The translations under genes and the position numbers were made by a program. DNA of 62,062 nt, counting the filler, from Choristocarpus tenellus KU-1152 (lineage: Eukaryota; Protista; Phaeophyceae): assembly GCA_964200185.2 (NCBI GenBank). It is 8 parts of 8 records of this genome, joined end to end, with 100 filler letters (N's around TTAATTAATTAA, not from the genome) between each part and the next. Parts side by side here need not be neighbours in the genome. Positions count along the whole stretch, not along the records: positions 13,876 to 22,097 come from CAXNAD020004977.1; positions 22,198 to 31,003 come from CAXNAD020004313.1; positions 31,104 to 42,157 come from CAXNAD020002537.1; 5 more parts are not named here. One strand, 5' to 3'. Positions 21,911 to 33,972 of this stretch are shown here, in pieces. Positions within the stretch are counted from its first letter, which is position 1, and every line of letters starts with the position of its first letter. The notes below the pieces were generated by a model, which saw nothing but the letters and a program-made list of their open reading frames with translations, ran no database searches and was not told the DNA's origin.

Positions 21911-24227
21911 TTGAAGGTTTTTTTATATATTGTTGTAACCAACAACCCCAATGCTTTAACAGACCAAAGACCTGTTAGTGGAAAGTTAGTGACTGTTGGT
22001 ACAGGACAGAAACTTTGTGCTACCATGGTTGGAACTTACCACTCATTGTATACAAAATAATGAGAAGGTTGGGTCAAAGTATCTGGGGGGGGGGGTGNNN
22101 NNNNNNNNNNNNNNNNNNNNNNNNNNNNNNNNNNNNNNNNNTTAATTAATTAANNNNNNNNNNNNNNNNNNNNNNNNNNNNNNNNNNNNNNNNNNNNCTT
22201 GTTTGTGACTTTTTTTTTTGGGGGGGGGGGCTCTTGATAGTCTTTGATAGTCTTTAATGGCAGTCTAATTTGCATATTGTGTATGAATGACTCATCCCTA
22301 ACCCTCAAAATGTAAGATTGATCTGTGTCTCTGCCTATTAGAGCCCATTTTATTTATGAATTATTGTATTTCATACTCTGTATATACTCCTCCCTATGTG
22401 CTTCTGAAAGCATCCTAACCGATTGTTATGTCACTGAGTTCCATAGGAGCCTTCTAGCATGAGCTCTGCCAGCCCTCTCTTCATCCTTGATCAGATAGGG
22501 CAGTTTGCAGGTGTTGTTCCACTTTGTCTCCCTTCTCAAGCATGATTGACTCCAGAATCGCCTGCAGGGCCATCCACACTTATCTGCTTGACATTTATGT
22601 CGAATATGCCCCTAGCCCTAACCCTAACCCCTGTAGTACCTCACTTCAGTTTATAACTAAAAAAGTGTTCAAATCAATAATCTAACCCTAACCTTAATCA
22701 ATCCATTGGTTCTCGCACACTCCAATGAAAAATATGGTAAAAGGTTTATCTTTGAGGGGAGTTGTGACATGAAATAAAATGTCCATATCGATATTTTATT
22801 TTGAAAGGTAGTATATGGGTAGGGGTCAAGACTAGGCTAGGATTTATTTTTCGATCATGATCCATACCGATTACTCTGTATGCTAAATACAAATTTTACA
22901 CAAAAACAGTATTAAGACAGTTTGGGGGTAGGCTTGCCCACAGCTGTATTCCGAGAGAAGCCTTTTGGTCTGTTTTTCTCCCAAAGTAGAATATTCAATA
23001 TATAACCTTCCCCCCAAATGGCGTATGTATGTTAATGGGCTTGATCCAAGTCAAGGATTAAAAAAATTCTCCATTTTTATTTATCTGTTAACGTCTACTG
23101 ACAGGTACTTGGTTGTAAATCAGAATAACCCTAGTGAAATATTTAATACTATTTTCCATGTTGTTGAGCTGAGTTAGGGTTGGGGTTGAGCATTCCAATG
23201 ATACATTAGTTGATGTGTATAACATTAACTACCTTTGAGAATACCCATTATGTGAGGGGCTGTGTATTGTTGACACCATGTTGCTTGGACCAATGACTGC
23301 ATACACACACACTTACACATGCACTAGTTGGCTCTGCTTGATGCCTTTTTGTAACAAAATATGCCCGTTTTAGTGCCTTAGATTAGTCAAAGCACTATCC
23401 AGACTACAGAAGTTAGAGAGTAAGTGGTCCCTAGTATCATCCTGGATAATGGATTATTTTCTGTAAATGAACCCAAGTACTGCCCTGGACAACAGGCATT
23501 TTGGAGCAATTGGCCCTGAGCATTCTCCTGACAAATGGATGTTACAGTTCAAATGTATGTCTCAGAAAAGTATAGGTCAATGCTATTATGGTGATCAATG
23601 TTGTGTTGTCTGAAGTGTGTATTGCTACTGTAAGAGCTCGGGCTAATGGGTTCGAGTATTCACACCTCAACAGAAGCACCACGATATATTGGCACAGCAT
23701 ACTATCTCAGCAATCATTTTTCTTCTCTTGTGAGACTTTGTTAACAATGAAATTTGGGCCTTCATGTTCACCCTGTTTCATTGCAAACCCTCCCACAAAG
23801 AGAAGGCCGTTTTTGGACGTAAAGTTGTTTTGAGCACTGGTCAATACTGAGTTGAGCTTGTACCAGTATGCAGGGTAAAGATGGGTTACAGGGGATCAAC
23901 TGCATCCTTTCGGATGGGGGTATGACTGTGAAAAAAAGGAAGTCATTGAATATTATGAACTTGACCAGATCCTCTTGATATTGTGAAGGATCAACAAATA
24001 ATGTGGAAATGTGACTGCAATGCTCAACGTCTTTCATTTTGTACATTAGCTTGCAATCATTTTTTGACCCCCATCATACCCCTCTAGAAGTGGAATGTAC
24101 GTTGATTAAATTATCTAATCAATCAACCCGCCCACCCCACTTTTCCCCCTTGCCTCGTTTGCTCTTCTTGCCTCACTCTCCGATCAAACTCTCACTGACA
24201 ATTATCTACATACGTACTCTTGTCAAG

Positions 24228-24326
24228 GTTGAGATGGTCAGGACTAATTATGGAGGCCTTCTGCGTCATTTTGGATACAAATTTATCAAGAGAAAGGGGA
24301 CAGAGAACAAAAAGAGAAAGCAATAG
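24228..24326 (+). CDS. Candidate terminal exon (VEMVRTNYGGLLRHFGYKF...*), weakly like the C-terminus of sulfotransferase-family proteins
   Basis: Pyrimidine-rich upstream tract, aag| acceptor and open frame to TAG. The family resemblance rests only on the LL..FGY ending. Confidence 0.25.
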   Translation, partial: VEMVRTNYGGLLRHFGYKFIKRKGTENKKRKQ

Positions 24327-24610
24327 ATTATAGTACTTCTGTAAAGTTACTTAAGAGGGGAGTTGAGTTTCAAGGGCTTTGTGAACCTCAGGCATTGTAT
24401 TCCATACCCAGGCCCATGTTTGAAATGCAGTTAGCCCTCCATAGGAGGGTGTGACTGTGAAGTAGAAGATTACCTACCTGCAATCACATTGTTAGCCAAA
24501 ATCTCCCTCCACAGTGCTCAAAACACATGTACTAAAAGACAGTCGTAAAGGCTCTTTAAGCTTAAGGATATCTCCCTCTTAGAAGGTATAACTTTGGGTT
24601 CCCAGGTCTC

Positions 24611-24613
<3 letters not shown>

Positions 24614-24656
<43 letters not shown>

Positions 24657-24660
24657 TCTC
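24614..24660. repeat. (CT)n microsatellite
   Basis: Read directly. Confidence 0.95.
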
Positions 24661-27600
24661 AACTGCTGTATCCCTGGTTTTGATGGTGTAGGAGAGGTGA
24701 CAGCCTCAAGACAGGGAATGGGTTAGTTGTCAATAGTGGGTAGAAAGGGGCTTGAGAGGAAAGAGCGTTCAGGCAACAGGGGAGGATGATTCGTACTACA
24801 TGAGTTTAGGGCTATTTATCTGTCACAGATCATCCATTTGTAGAGTTCTAATTGCTGTTGTGTTTTGGTATAGGCTTGATTATAGTTGTTGGGTTCATTG
24901 GTTGTGGCGAAGATGTGGGTTGACAACATATTTGACTATCTATCAGTAGCTTTCTCTCTTCTCATGCCCTCGGAGAGGTGTTTTGGAGCACTACTTACTT
25001 GGGACATGTGGGAAAGATTTATCTAATAACCCACATCAATTAGTCCATGCTACCTGCAACAATTTGTGTAGAGGATCTAGAAGTTCCTGGTGCAGAGAAC
25101 GGGAAGGAGCAGGGAAGGGTAAAAGCTAAAAGCATGAGCTCAGTGGTCAGGAGAGAGTTTTAGACCTTCTGTGAAGCAAAATGGATTTGTTGAGATGTGA
25201 GGGGCTCTCATGCGTGTGTTAGCACTTCGCACTTCTTGGGGTGATTCTGGTGTCATCCTTTTTGTATACATGATTTATCTCTTGTTCGTGTAGTATGTTG
25301 AGCATTCCCAGTCAGCTGCATCTCCGTATTAACTTTTGATTGTCGGTTCTTGTGCGAAACTTCCTGCCTGTTCTACTGCTTCTACGTTTAGGTACATAGT
25401 TTGTTGTATCTCATATCATCATTGATATGTTGTGTGTACACAGTGATGAGGTCACTTTGAGGTAGGTGTGTTGCTTCCCAAACTCAGAAGGAGTAAGCAA
25501 TGTATTTGTTTTAGCCCCATAGCATCCTAGATGGGAGGGTTTAGGCCAGGTGGTCCACATTTGGGACTTGATGGGGTGTTGGATGGCACCCCAATTGAAT
25601 GCCCATTTTGCGGGGTTTTTTCCTTCAGATTTGGTTTAGGAAAGGGGATGGAATGGAAGTTGTGTGTGGATGGAGGAAGTTGCCTCTGTATATGTGATAC
25701 ATTCATTCAAATGTCATGAAAATCTCTACAGGGTCACAAAGGGCTGAGTGGATGGATGCCTGATCTGCCCTCCAGGATTCTATGGGCCTTGCGGTTTTTT
25801 AAGGATAATAAAGAACGTCAAGGCGAAACATGCAATCTTAACTGGAAACGTTGGCTGGTGGATCAGGCAGGGCCTGACAAACTCCTCAGATTCTTCCCTT
25901 GCTTTACCTAGACCACACCACTTTATTACCATTAGTCTGGCAGTACATGTGTTATATGCAGTTATGTTCTGTATCTTGTAGTGGAATGCACCAAGCACAT
26001 TGTTGTATAGAGAGGTGTTGTTGTAAGTAAGATGGATGTTTTTTTGTACTCTCCTGCATTTTGCATGATCTTTTCTGGACATCACATACACCATGTACAA
26101 AAGGTTCCAGGACATGTAGTGAAATGAAATCTCCCAGGCAGCCAAAACACCCTGATCCATTGATATTTGTTGGGGTAATTTAATGAAAACTAGATCACTG
26201 TCAACTCAGCCTTCCTGCCGACCTGTTCACCATGCCCACGTCAGTTGTCCACCAAGAGTGGACAGGATTGGAAGCACTCTCTCACATCTGGCAGGAAGGT
26301 GGTGCAAACCACTTCCTGCTTGAAGATAGGCTGGGGGACCATGCCCCTCACCAAAGTTAATGTGTGAGGTTTGCCTTTCTCTGAAGTATCATGGTCCTAC
26401 CCTCTTACTAATCAGAGGCAGAGACACCTTCAGGATCCTCAGGGGGTATTATTGCAGGTATGTATTCCTCCTATTTCTGTAGGCTCTTCATTGCCACCTC
26501 ATCATCAACATTCCCAGCATTCTCACATTCTAAAAATCTTAACCTTTTCCAATCAAGAAAATAATTTTTCATCTACCTTATCCCACCAACATAGTTCTCC
26601 AAACAATATCTACCATTAGACATCTTGTTGGAAGGAAAACTGGTTTGGTTTTTGGATCAAATAAATGGCTTGGTGGTGCCTCAGTCGCTGACAGACAGCT
26701 CTTGAGGCCTCCTCCACAATGCCCATAGCCATGCATCCACATGATTCCAGCAAGAACCCAAAAGCAGTAGGCGATTAGCTTGATAAAATAATTTTATTAG
26801 TTATAATTGGAGAACAAGTCCTTGACACATCAATGGGCTCTTCATCACTACTGGTGCCCCCATCACTCTTCTCCCTCCCAGAAGTATGACAATCAAAGCT
26901 CGCACTCTTCATCTCAGTGTCCCCATCGGGGTCCAGAGTGCCACAAATTCCATGGAGGTAGTATCCACACAGAAAATTATGTAAAGTCATGAACTGTGGT
27001 AGTCCCAGCGTGACAGCAGGAATGAGTTAGTGGCCTTCACTGTTCATAATATTGTCAGAAGTGTGTGGGAGGCACACAAGAAGAGCCCTGTCTAGCTGAC
27101 TGTGACCACAAAAAGGGTTCTAATTGCCATTGGCATGGCCTGTCTGTTTGTCACTTTAAGGCATGCATGTAACCCTAAAACAATGTTCTTATGGCAAGAA
27201 ATTGAGAGCAAAAACCGTTTGTGTCAATCAAAATAGTATTATGCCTCATTGACCGACATGCCTTGTTTATAATACCATAAAATGGTACCCCCTGATGCGA
27301 AATATCAAAACCATTCTTGTGAGGAGATTAAACCTACTCAACTAGATGGTGAGTGTACAAATATACATGGTCGGGAGTACTTGGTACATTAATACTATGC
27401 CAACCAACATCTCAATTCAACTGAACCGCCCGAACACCCACCATCCACCCCACACCAAAATACCACCTGTGGTCACTTCTCACTGATTTGGGGAAACTTC
27501 CCTCATTCTCCTTCCAGAACTTCAACTGTTCCATACCCTGCCTGGGACCCCCTTCTCACCCCCAGTACTACACCCATCCGTGTCATGTTGCATCTTAAAT

Positions 27601-28569
27601 ATTGTCAAAACCCCCACCTTCCCCTATCCCTCACATGCAATACCAACCTTGGGTGCAGTATCTTCCTGGGATTGGCCCCCGAGGCAGAACCTTCCCTTGC
27701 CAACTCAAACCAATTGGAAACACAGAAGGACAGTGGGGGTGACTGTGCAAGGCCTCAGGGAGCCACAAGGGTCAGGAGAAAGATGCACAGACCTGCCCTG
27801 TACCCCTTGCCCCCCAAGTGAAGGCCCAGGTCACCTATCTTGTAGGCACTATAGCCATAGTACCAGTGATTGTCCAGGTGCCTAGGATTGCAGAACCCTT
27901 TGATGATGTGCTGATAGAATGTCCAAAATGGCAAAATGTTGCCACTGTAATGGGCATTCCTAACAGGCTGGCTCTGCATGGCTCATGCAAACATCCTCGT
28001 CCATGTCTGCGAACTCCTCCTACACGAGGTTAGTGGCCCTACCCTAACCCTAAGCACAACATATCCCAGGGCCTACTAAATCTTCCTAACTCCTGGCAAT
28101 CATCTCAGTCTTTATTCTACCCAATGATTGCTGCAGATTTTCTAGGGCAGAGTGTATACAGGGTAACCATAGAAGCGTAAGTAAACCGACCTCAAGGTTC
28201 CTTGAGCGAGAACAGAGGGTTCATTGATGCTGGGAATCCAGAGGAGAGGACAGGGCTTACGGGCAGCACCAGGCATGTTCCATTTACATCTTCACTTAAG
28301 AGTCCTAAGAATAAATAACAGCAGGATGAATTTTTCCATCATATGTTCTGTCTGGATTTGTCAACTCATCATTTGGAAGTCTGAGTTCAAAAGAATCACC
28401 TCCTCGAAGACCTCACAATGATTCCCTTTCAATCCACATTTGAACGTAGGGGCATTCAAATTTATAAAGTGCTCCTCAGATTAAATCTATATAAAATTGG
28501 AACGTTGGCTTGTGAGCTAGAACAGCCACCAAGTGAACAGGAAGCCCACATACACTTGACAACAAATAC

Positions 28570-30827
28570 CATCTTGTGTTGACACTGCAATGTGAGTAGA
28601 ACCTTTCAACCTGTTGGAATGTAAAGAAAATAAACAATCCCAAAGCTTGATGGCTGTAGCCTGTCTATTCAACACTCACCCCCTCCCTTGTCCCCCAATC
28701 CAAGCCAGGCACTTCAATCTATTAGAACAAGCATAAACAGGGAGCAAAAACTCCTCTAGACCTAAAATTCCTCTAGTTTTACAACCCACTCGCCTATGCT
28801 TTTTTCAAAGCTGCACAGAAACTTAAAACACCCACACACATACTTACAACCAAAACCATAAACAATAATTAATCAATGGCAAACCCCAACACCATTTCTG
28901 CCCTCACACTCCCACAACAAAAATTCCTCCACAAGTTCATTGGATCTCCAGATCAAACTTCCTTCAAACTTCCTTCAAACATCCATCAAACTTCCATCAA
29001 TCGGTGCATATCCCCGTTTCTCCCTGTCACACGTAGTAACAACACTGCCCCTTTCCCCGCACTCTGACTCCACCTCTGCCGCCTTTGTCGAGCTTCCTTC
29101 TCCAATCTCTGCCTAGCCTTCCTCAGACGTTCCATTCTGCTTGGCCCCTTAGCTCTCCCCACCTTGGACAATCCACCCACCTTGGCACCTCCCCCTTCCC
29201 CTTGTACCACATTACTGCTACCATTGCCGCCACCTCCCCCACTGCCAACAGCTCTGAGCCCGGCCCACCACCTCCCACCTACCCCCCCATCCTTGTTGTT
29301 GCGTGGGAACCATCCCAAAGCCTTCTCTTGCCTCCGAACCTTTCGTATGCCATGTTCAACCATCCAGTATGGACACAGTTACACAAATGTACATTGGAAC
29401 ATCAGGGGTTTGGTGGAAAGTGTAAGGCGGAGTATTGATAAGCTAGAACTAGAGTTAGGGTTATGGTAAGTGCTAGGGCAATGTGGAAGAGGACAGGACA
29501 TCAGCATAGTGTGTGTGGTAAAGAGTCAAAGAGGTCGGAGTTGCAGATAGGCCTAGGGCATACTTGTAAGGGGAGAAGGAGCAACTGAGAGGACAGTGGA
29601 AGGGGTTCAAAATGATGTCATGTTGCCAGGCACTACACATACCATTAATAGTATAGTACATAGTATATTTCATCACATACCATCAATAGTACAATACCTC
29701 ATTAATGTAACATAAAAATGTTGTCGATGTATTGTCAACACATCGAGTACCCATCAAAAGCAGTCCAAACAATGACCCTTCTTGAGAGGCTTATTATGCA
29801 CCCCAACCTCTTCTATCTCCGATAAAGTGCGCCCTCCAAGAACAGGAAAATCTAGGTGCTATTGTTGTATCAATAGTAAAGCAGTAAATTGGTACAATAC
29901 AGACACAACATGACAAATCCAATTCAGATATCTCATCTTGTTGTGTACCTCCCTCCTACTGCATTTTTTACAGTACAATGTACAGGGCTCTGTAGATCCT
30001 TCACATACATCTCCCTTAGGATAGGTGTGAAATCCCTACATGCACCTCATGAGTAAGACCAAAAGTACAACCTTAACCATGAGCAGTGCACTGCTCTACA
30101 TCATCCACTACATTTCTCTCAGAGGTTCATATAGCTTTGAAAGCACAAAGCACTAGGTATAATAATGGAAGTGCTCAAAATCAACACGGACTTGGACAGC
30201 AGATACTTAAAACAAAAACAATATTGCACTATTTTTGTCTACAGCAAACATGTAGGCCTCACCTCGCCGTGCTCCCTTCCACCATAGCACCAACTCACAG
30301 TGAAACATAACAATGGCAAGAAACTCTTCTATAGAATGAGAGTAGTAGACACAGTCTCGGTGGAAACATGTCTTACACATGAATAGGATAAACGGTCTAC
30401 ATTACATTACACATCACATTACACATCACATTACACATCACATAGACCAGTAAGGACACAGTCAGCCTAGCCAAATGCCTGTTCTCTCAACCGTGTCATC
30501 TCTCATCTCTCCCACAAGACTTCAACCATCAACTCTCTGACAGACACCCCACATGTAGAGAATGAAGACTATAATGAGTTACCACAACCCTAACCCTAAC
30601 CCTAACCCTAACCCTAACCCTCAAGTGCTGCAGTACAGTACGAGCCTCATGAAGCAAACTATTGGGTTTTGACCAATGCACAACACTTAAGTGAGAAGAA
30701 AATACACATAAAAACACACCTGCTGCATTGACTGTGGAAGGGGCGAGTCCTCGCCTCCTCCCCTGCCCCCCCCTGTCCCCCTCCTGGAGGTTTCAATGCT
30801 GATATCGTAAAAGCTTGTAATGGCATT
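28570..30827 (-). CDS. Internal fragment of an unknown multi-exon gene
   Basis: Phase-compatible candidate exons 30827-30720, 30328-30263, 29339-28992 and 28660-28570: NAITSFYDISIE...QSMQQKSFLPLLCFTVSWCYGGREHGEVRRQEKALGWF...HRLMEATAIKLWDCLFSL. Confidence 0.45.
30586..30621. repeat. Interstitial telomere-like (CCCTAA)6
   Basis: Read directly from the sequence. Confidence 0.9.
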
Positions 30828-30909
30828 CTGGTGCATGTGCAACATCTCATCCCCCAGGTAGACACTGGCATTTAAATCAATCATCTTCAAACGCAAGTAT
30901 GGAGGAATG

Positions 30910-30934
30910 GGGTTAGGGTTAGGGTTAGGGTTAG
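30910..30934. repeat. Interstitial telomere-like (GGGTTA)4
   Basis: Read directly; opposite orientation to 30586-30621. Confidence 0.9.
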
Positions 30935-31281
30935 TGGATGTCGTGGGGTGGGGGGGATTTTCTTAGGGGGATTGCAAGAACGCTCCAATAGTCTTCAAGT
31001 CATNNNNNNNNNNNNNNNNNNNNNNNNNNNNNNNNNNNNNNNNNNNNTTAATTAATTAANNNNNNNNNNNNNNNNNNNNNNNNNNNNNNNNNNNNNNNNN
31101 NNNCAAATGGACACCCTGGTGTAGACTCCCCCCCCCTCCCAGATACTTTGGGTCAAATTACGGTTGAGCTCACAATAGCACTGAATACTAATTGCTGCTG
31201 TTTGTGCATTGATTGATGCAGCGAAAAATGTGAGTAGTGTGGACTTGTATTACAAGCAAGCTGCATACACAACGACCCTAC

Positions 31282-31653
31282 CCTGGGCTGTTTTCCATTT
31301 CCTGATGACCTCCTTGAGCTCCTCCGCTGTAGAGGCAGCAACAACAATGGAGCGTCCACTTCCCCAGTCTCGTTCTCTTTCCTATCATTTTTTATTTTAA
31401 CCCTGCGTGCACCCTTTCGGGAAAAGAACATGCCTTGGTCTGGGCAGTGAGATCCTCCACTTCCAACCACACCTTGCACACAGCCTCTTGGGGAAGTTGC
31501 AGATGTTAAAGATATAGCCAAGTTTGCATGGACTTTGGGGAATATTTCATTACAAGTAAGTCTTAGAGATGACTCCTCTTCCTCTAGTTGGGTCCATACC
31601 GCCTGTCCTGGCAATATTATTAGCTCTTCTGAAAGTCTCATGGATAACTCCGC
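31282..31653 (-). CDS. Candidate internal exon of an unknown gene (possibly the same gene as 36911..38199)
   Basis: tag|GCG acceptor and AGG|gtaggg donor enclose 124 open codons (AELSMRLSEELIILPGQAVW...). No family recognised. Confidence 0.4.
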
Positions 31654-32210
31654 CTACGCCAGAGAGATCCTCCGAAAGATACAGTAGTATTGGCAGTACT
31701 GTGTAGTCGCACATATACAACCATACACAGATAAAATATGTAGCATCTGATAATTGTGATGGATTGTTTCAAATGTCAGATCTCCCTTATTTTTATGCAA
31801 AACATGTACATACATATATACATGCCTGAAAAAGCATCTCAGACATCACATCGAAGTGTATCCAGTAGAAGGAAAGGAGCACACAAATGAAGAGACCCCC
31901 CAAAAAATATTTGCCTCGGACAGAGCCCCTCATCAGTCAGGGGGTCAGTTGCCTTGCAGCACTGCGTGCTGTCACATAGGGCTCAGTTGGAATCGAGTAC
32001 TACATCACAAAAGTCCTTGCCAGTAAAACTTGTTGTACTTGTAATATTTCCCTTCGAACAACACTAGTCAACATGGACCTTGTTACAACTCCCAATTCCC
32101 AAAACATAGTATTATTGCAAGTTATAGCCGTACACACCTCAATCAATTGAACATTGTGGTTGCTTCAACCACGTTGTCGTTACCTCCAAATGTCAACAAA
32201 ATTCAGAAAA

Positions 32211-32443
32211 GAGCCAAGGTATGCGAGAGGTACCCAGGCTTTGACCCTTTTTCATTTTCGCAATTTACCCATATTTCTATGGACGAAGTGCTAAATTCGA
32301 CTAGAGAGCGTTGATTTCTCTATTAGAAGCTCTTCGACACAATTCGGAAAATATCCTGTACGTATTTGTAAAAAAAGAATTTTGCACATTTTCGTAAGTA
32401 TCCTAAGAATGTATCCCTGCGTACCTCTGCCTTACATTGACTC
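32211..32443. mobile_element. MITE with related TIRs (233 bp)
   Basis: gagccaaggtatgcgagaggtacccagg versus the reverse complement of the right end, gagtcaatgtaaggcagaggtacgcagg. Confidence 0.55.
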
Positions 32444-32754
32444 AAATATGAAACAAGCGCGTAACTAGCATGTGTTGCAACGTTAGGATATATCACAGTA
32501 TACAAAATATTTGTGGGCATAAATAACGCATCCTAATAAATATATACTTCCTTCATTTGGGATTAAGTGTAACATGACGTGTGCAGCCCCTGTGAACAAC
32601 CAAGTTTCTCCACTTTCACATGTTCCTATTTTTTAGGTGTAATGTGCAGACACTGAAAGGTCGCTCACCAAAATCTCTACCAAAATGGGGCAGCCTACAC
32701 CATTCCGCCCCCTAAGCCCTCCAAAACTCCATTCCAGCATGGTATTTCACTAGG

Positions 32755-33618
32755 GCATTCAGGGGACCTTGCCCGCTTTCTCAGCCTTTTCCTTGCTAAG
32801 ATGGGGAATTCTGAAGATATTGTCACCCTTTTACACCAGCACTTCACCATAGATTGCGAAGAGGCTCTGCCAGACGCGCTCTAGTGTCTTCCAGGGGTAC
32901 ACATCTAACACCTCCGTTGTGGCCTCCACCTGTTCCTGTTCGTTGGTCATCCCCAAGTCTTCCTTCAGTTGCTGGATGGAATGAAAGAATCCCAGGTCAT
33001 TGACATTGATGTCAGGTGAGTTAGGTGACTGGATCTCTACGACAATGTCATCCCCTCCCACCTCCTCCGTTGCTTCCATTATCCCCCCCTCAGGGTGTGA
33101 CTTTGCCCTGTCCAGCTGATTGACCAGATACTGATTTTCCCATTGAACCACATCCCCATTGGAGAGCTTCCTAAGGCGGGTCACGGCTGCAAGGAAAGCC
33201 ACCTTCGTAATGCAATGCTTATCCTGTGCCGTGGGGGGTTCTGCAATGGGGTGCAGGTACACACCTTGCCTATCTTTGAGGAGGTAAAACCACTTCTCGT
33301 TCACATGGACCCAATCATATAGATCGTCCACTAATATCCCACTTTCCTCCCTCCTATGCATGTGGCTGATGACGAAACCCACCCTGTTGGCTTTCTGCTG
33401 GTCTGAGAAGACTACTTAATCCACTGCTTGACCTCCCTCACTTTCTCACACTTGCACAGATCCCACAATGAGGCAAGGGAGGTCCCAGCTTTGGCCGCCC
33501 ATTTTTGGAAGGATGTGCGGGACATCTCAAACATTGAGGATACTTGTACAGTGGCCACATCGCCCCTTGCAATATCGTACATGGTCGATGTATTCACCCC
33601 GTGCGATCTGGTTGTCAT
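32755..33618 (-). pseudogene. Tc1/mariner transposase pseudogene (plant/oomycete mariner-like motifs)
   Basis: VHVNEKWFYL (first Asp replaced by Asn), ITKVAFLAAVTR, QLDRAKSH, QSPNSPDINVNDLGFFHSIQ, and KGDNIFRIPHLSKEK after a premature TAA at 32831-32833; frameshift near 33412 and an internal deletion. Confidence 0.85.
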
Positions 33619-33619
33619 C

Positions 33620-33972
33620 TGTTACAATACGCTCCACAAGTGACCTCCAAGTTACAAAACACTCTGAAAGGTGACCATGGTGGGATGTGGGATATGCATC
33701 TCCAATCCATAAGAATGTATGTGGACCGTAAAGCTCGTACAAGGCTCCATAATGTAAATGTAGTCAAGTATGCTGGATCTCTCATGTCGATTATTCAGTT
33801 CATAAGTACCATCATGAAATAGCAAGGATTGGACAACGATGTAGAACCTCACTGAGGCATCACAACGACTAAATAATAAATAAATGGTCAAGAAGTACAA
33901 ATATATCAAATCTAGGACTTCAAGGTCATAATGGCGTTTATGAAACCAGCATCAAGACATATCCCCTAGACA
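33620..33972 (-). mobile_element. Solo-LTR-like copy of family A abutting the 5' end of the mariner remnant
   Basis: Reverse complement tgtctaggggatatgtcttgatgctggtttcataaacgcc... matches 18239 onward; ends TGTAACA with a short internal duplication of the terminus. Confidence 0.65.

Noticed and set aside
25780-26260. pogo/Tigger DDE remnant (SMDQGVLAAW)
   Set aside because: A single short motif resembling QPMDQG; nothing else aligns by eye.
30586-31003. True chromosome end
   Set aside because: Tracts are only 4-6 units long, have unique sequence on both sides and lie in apparent introns.
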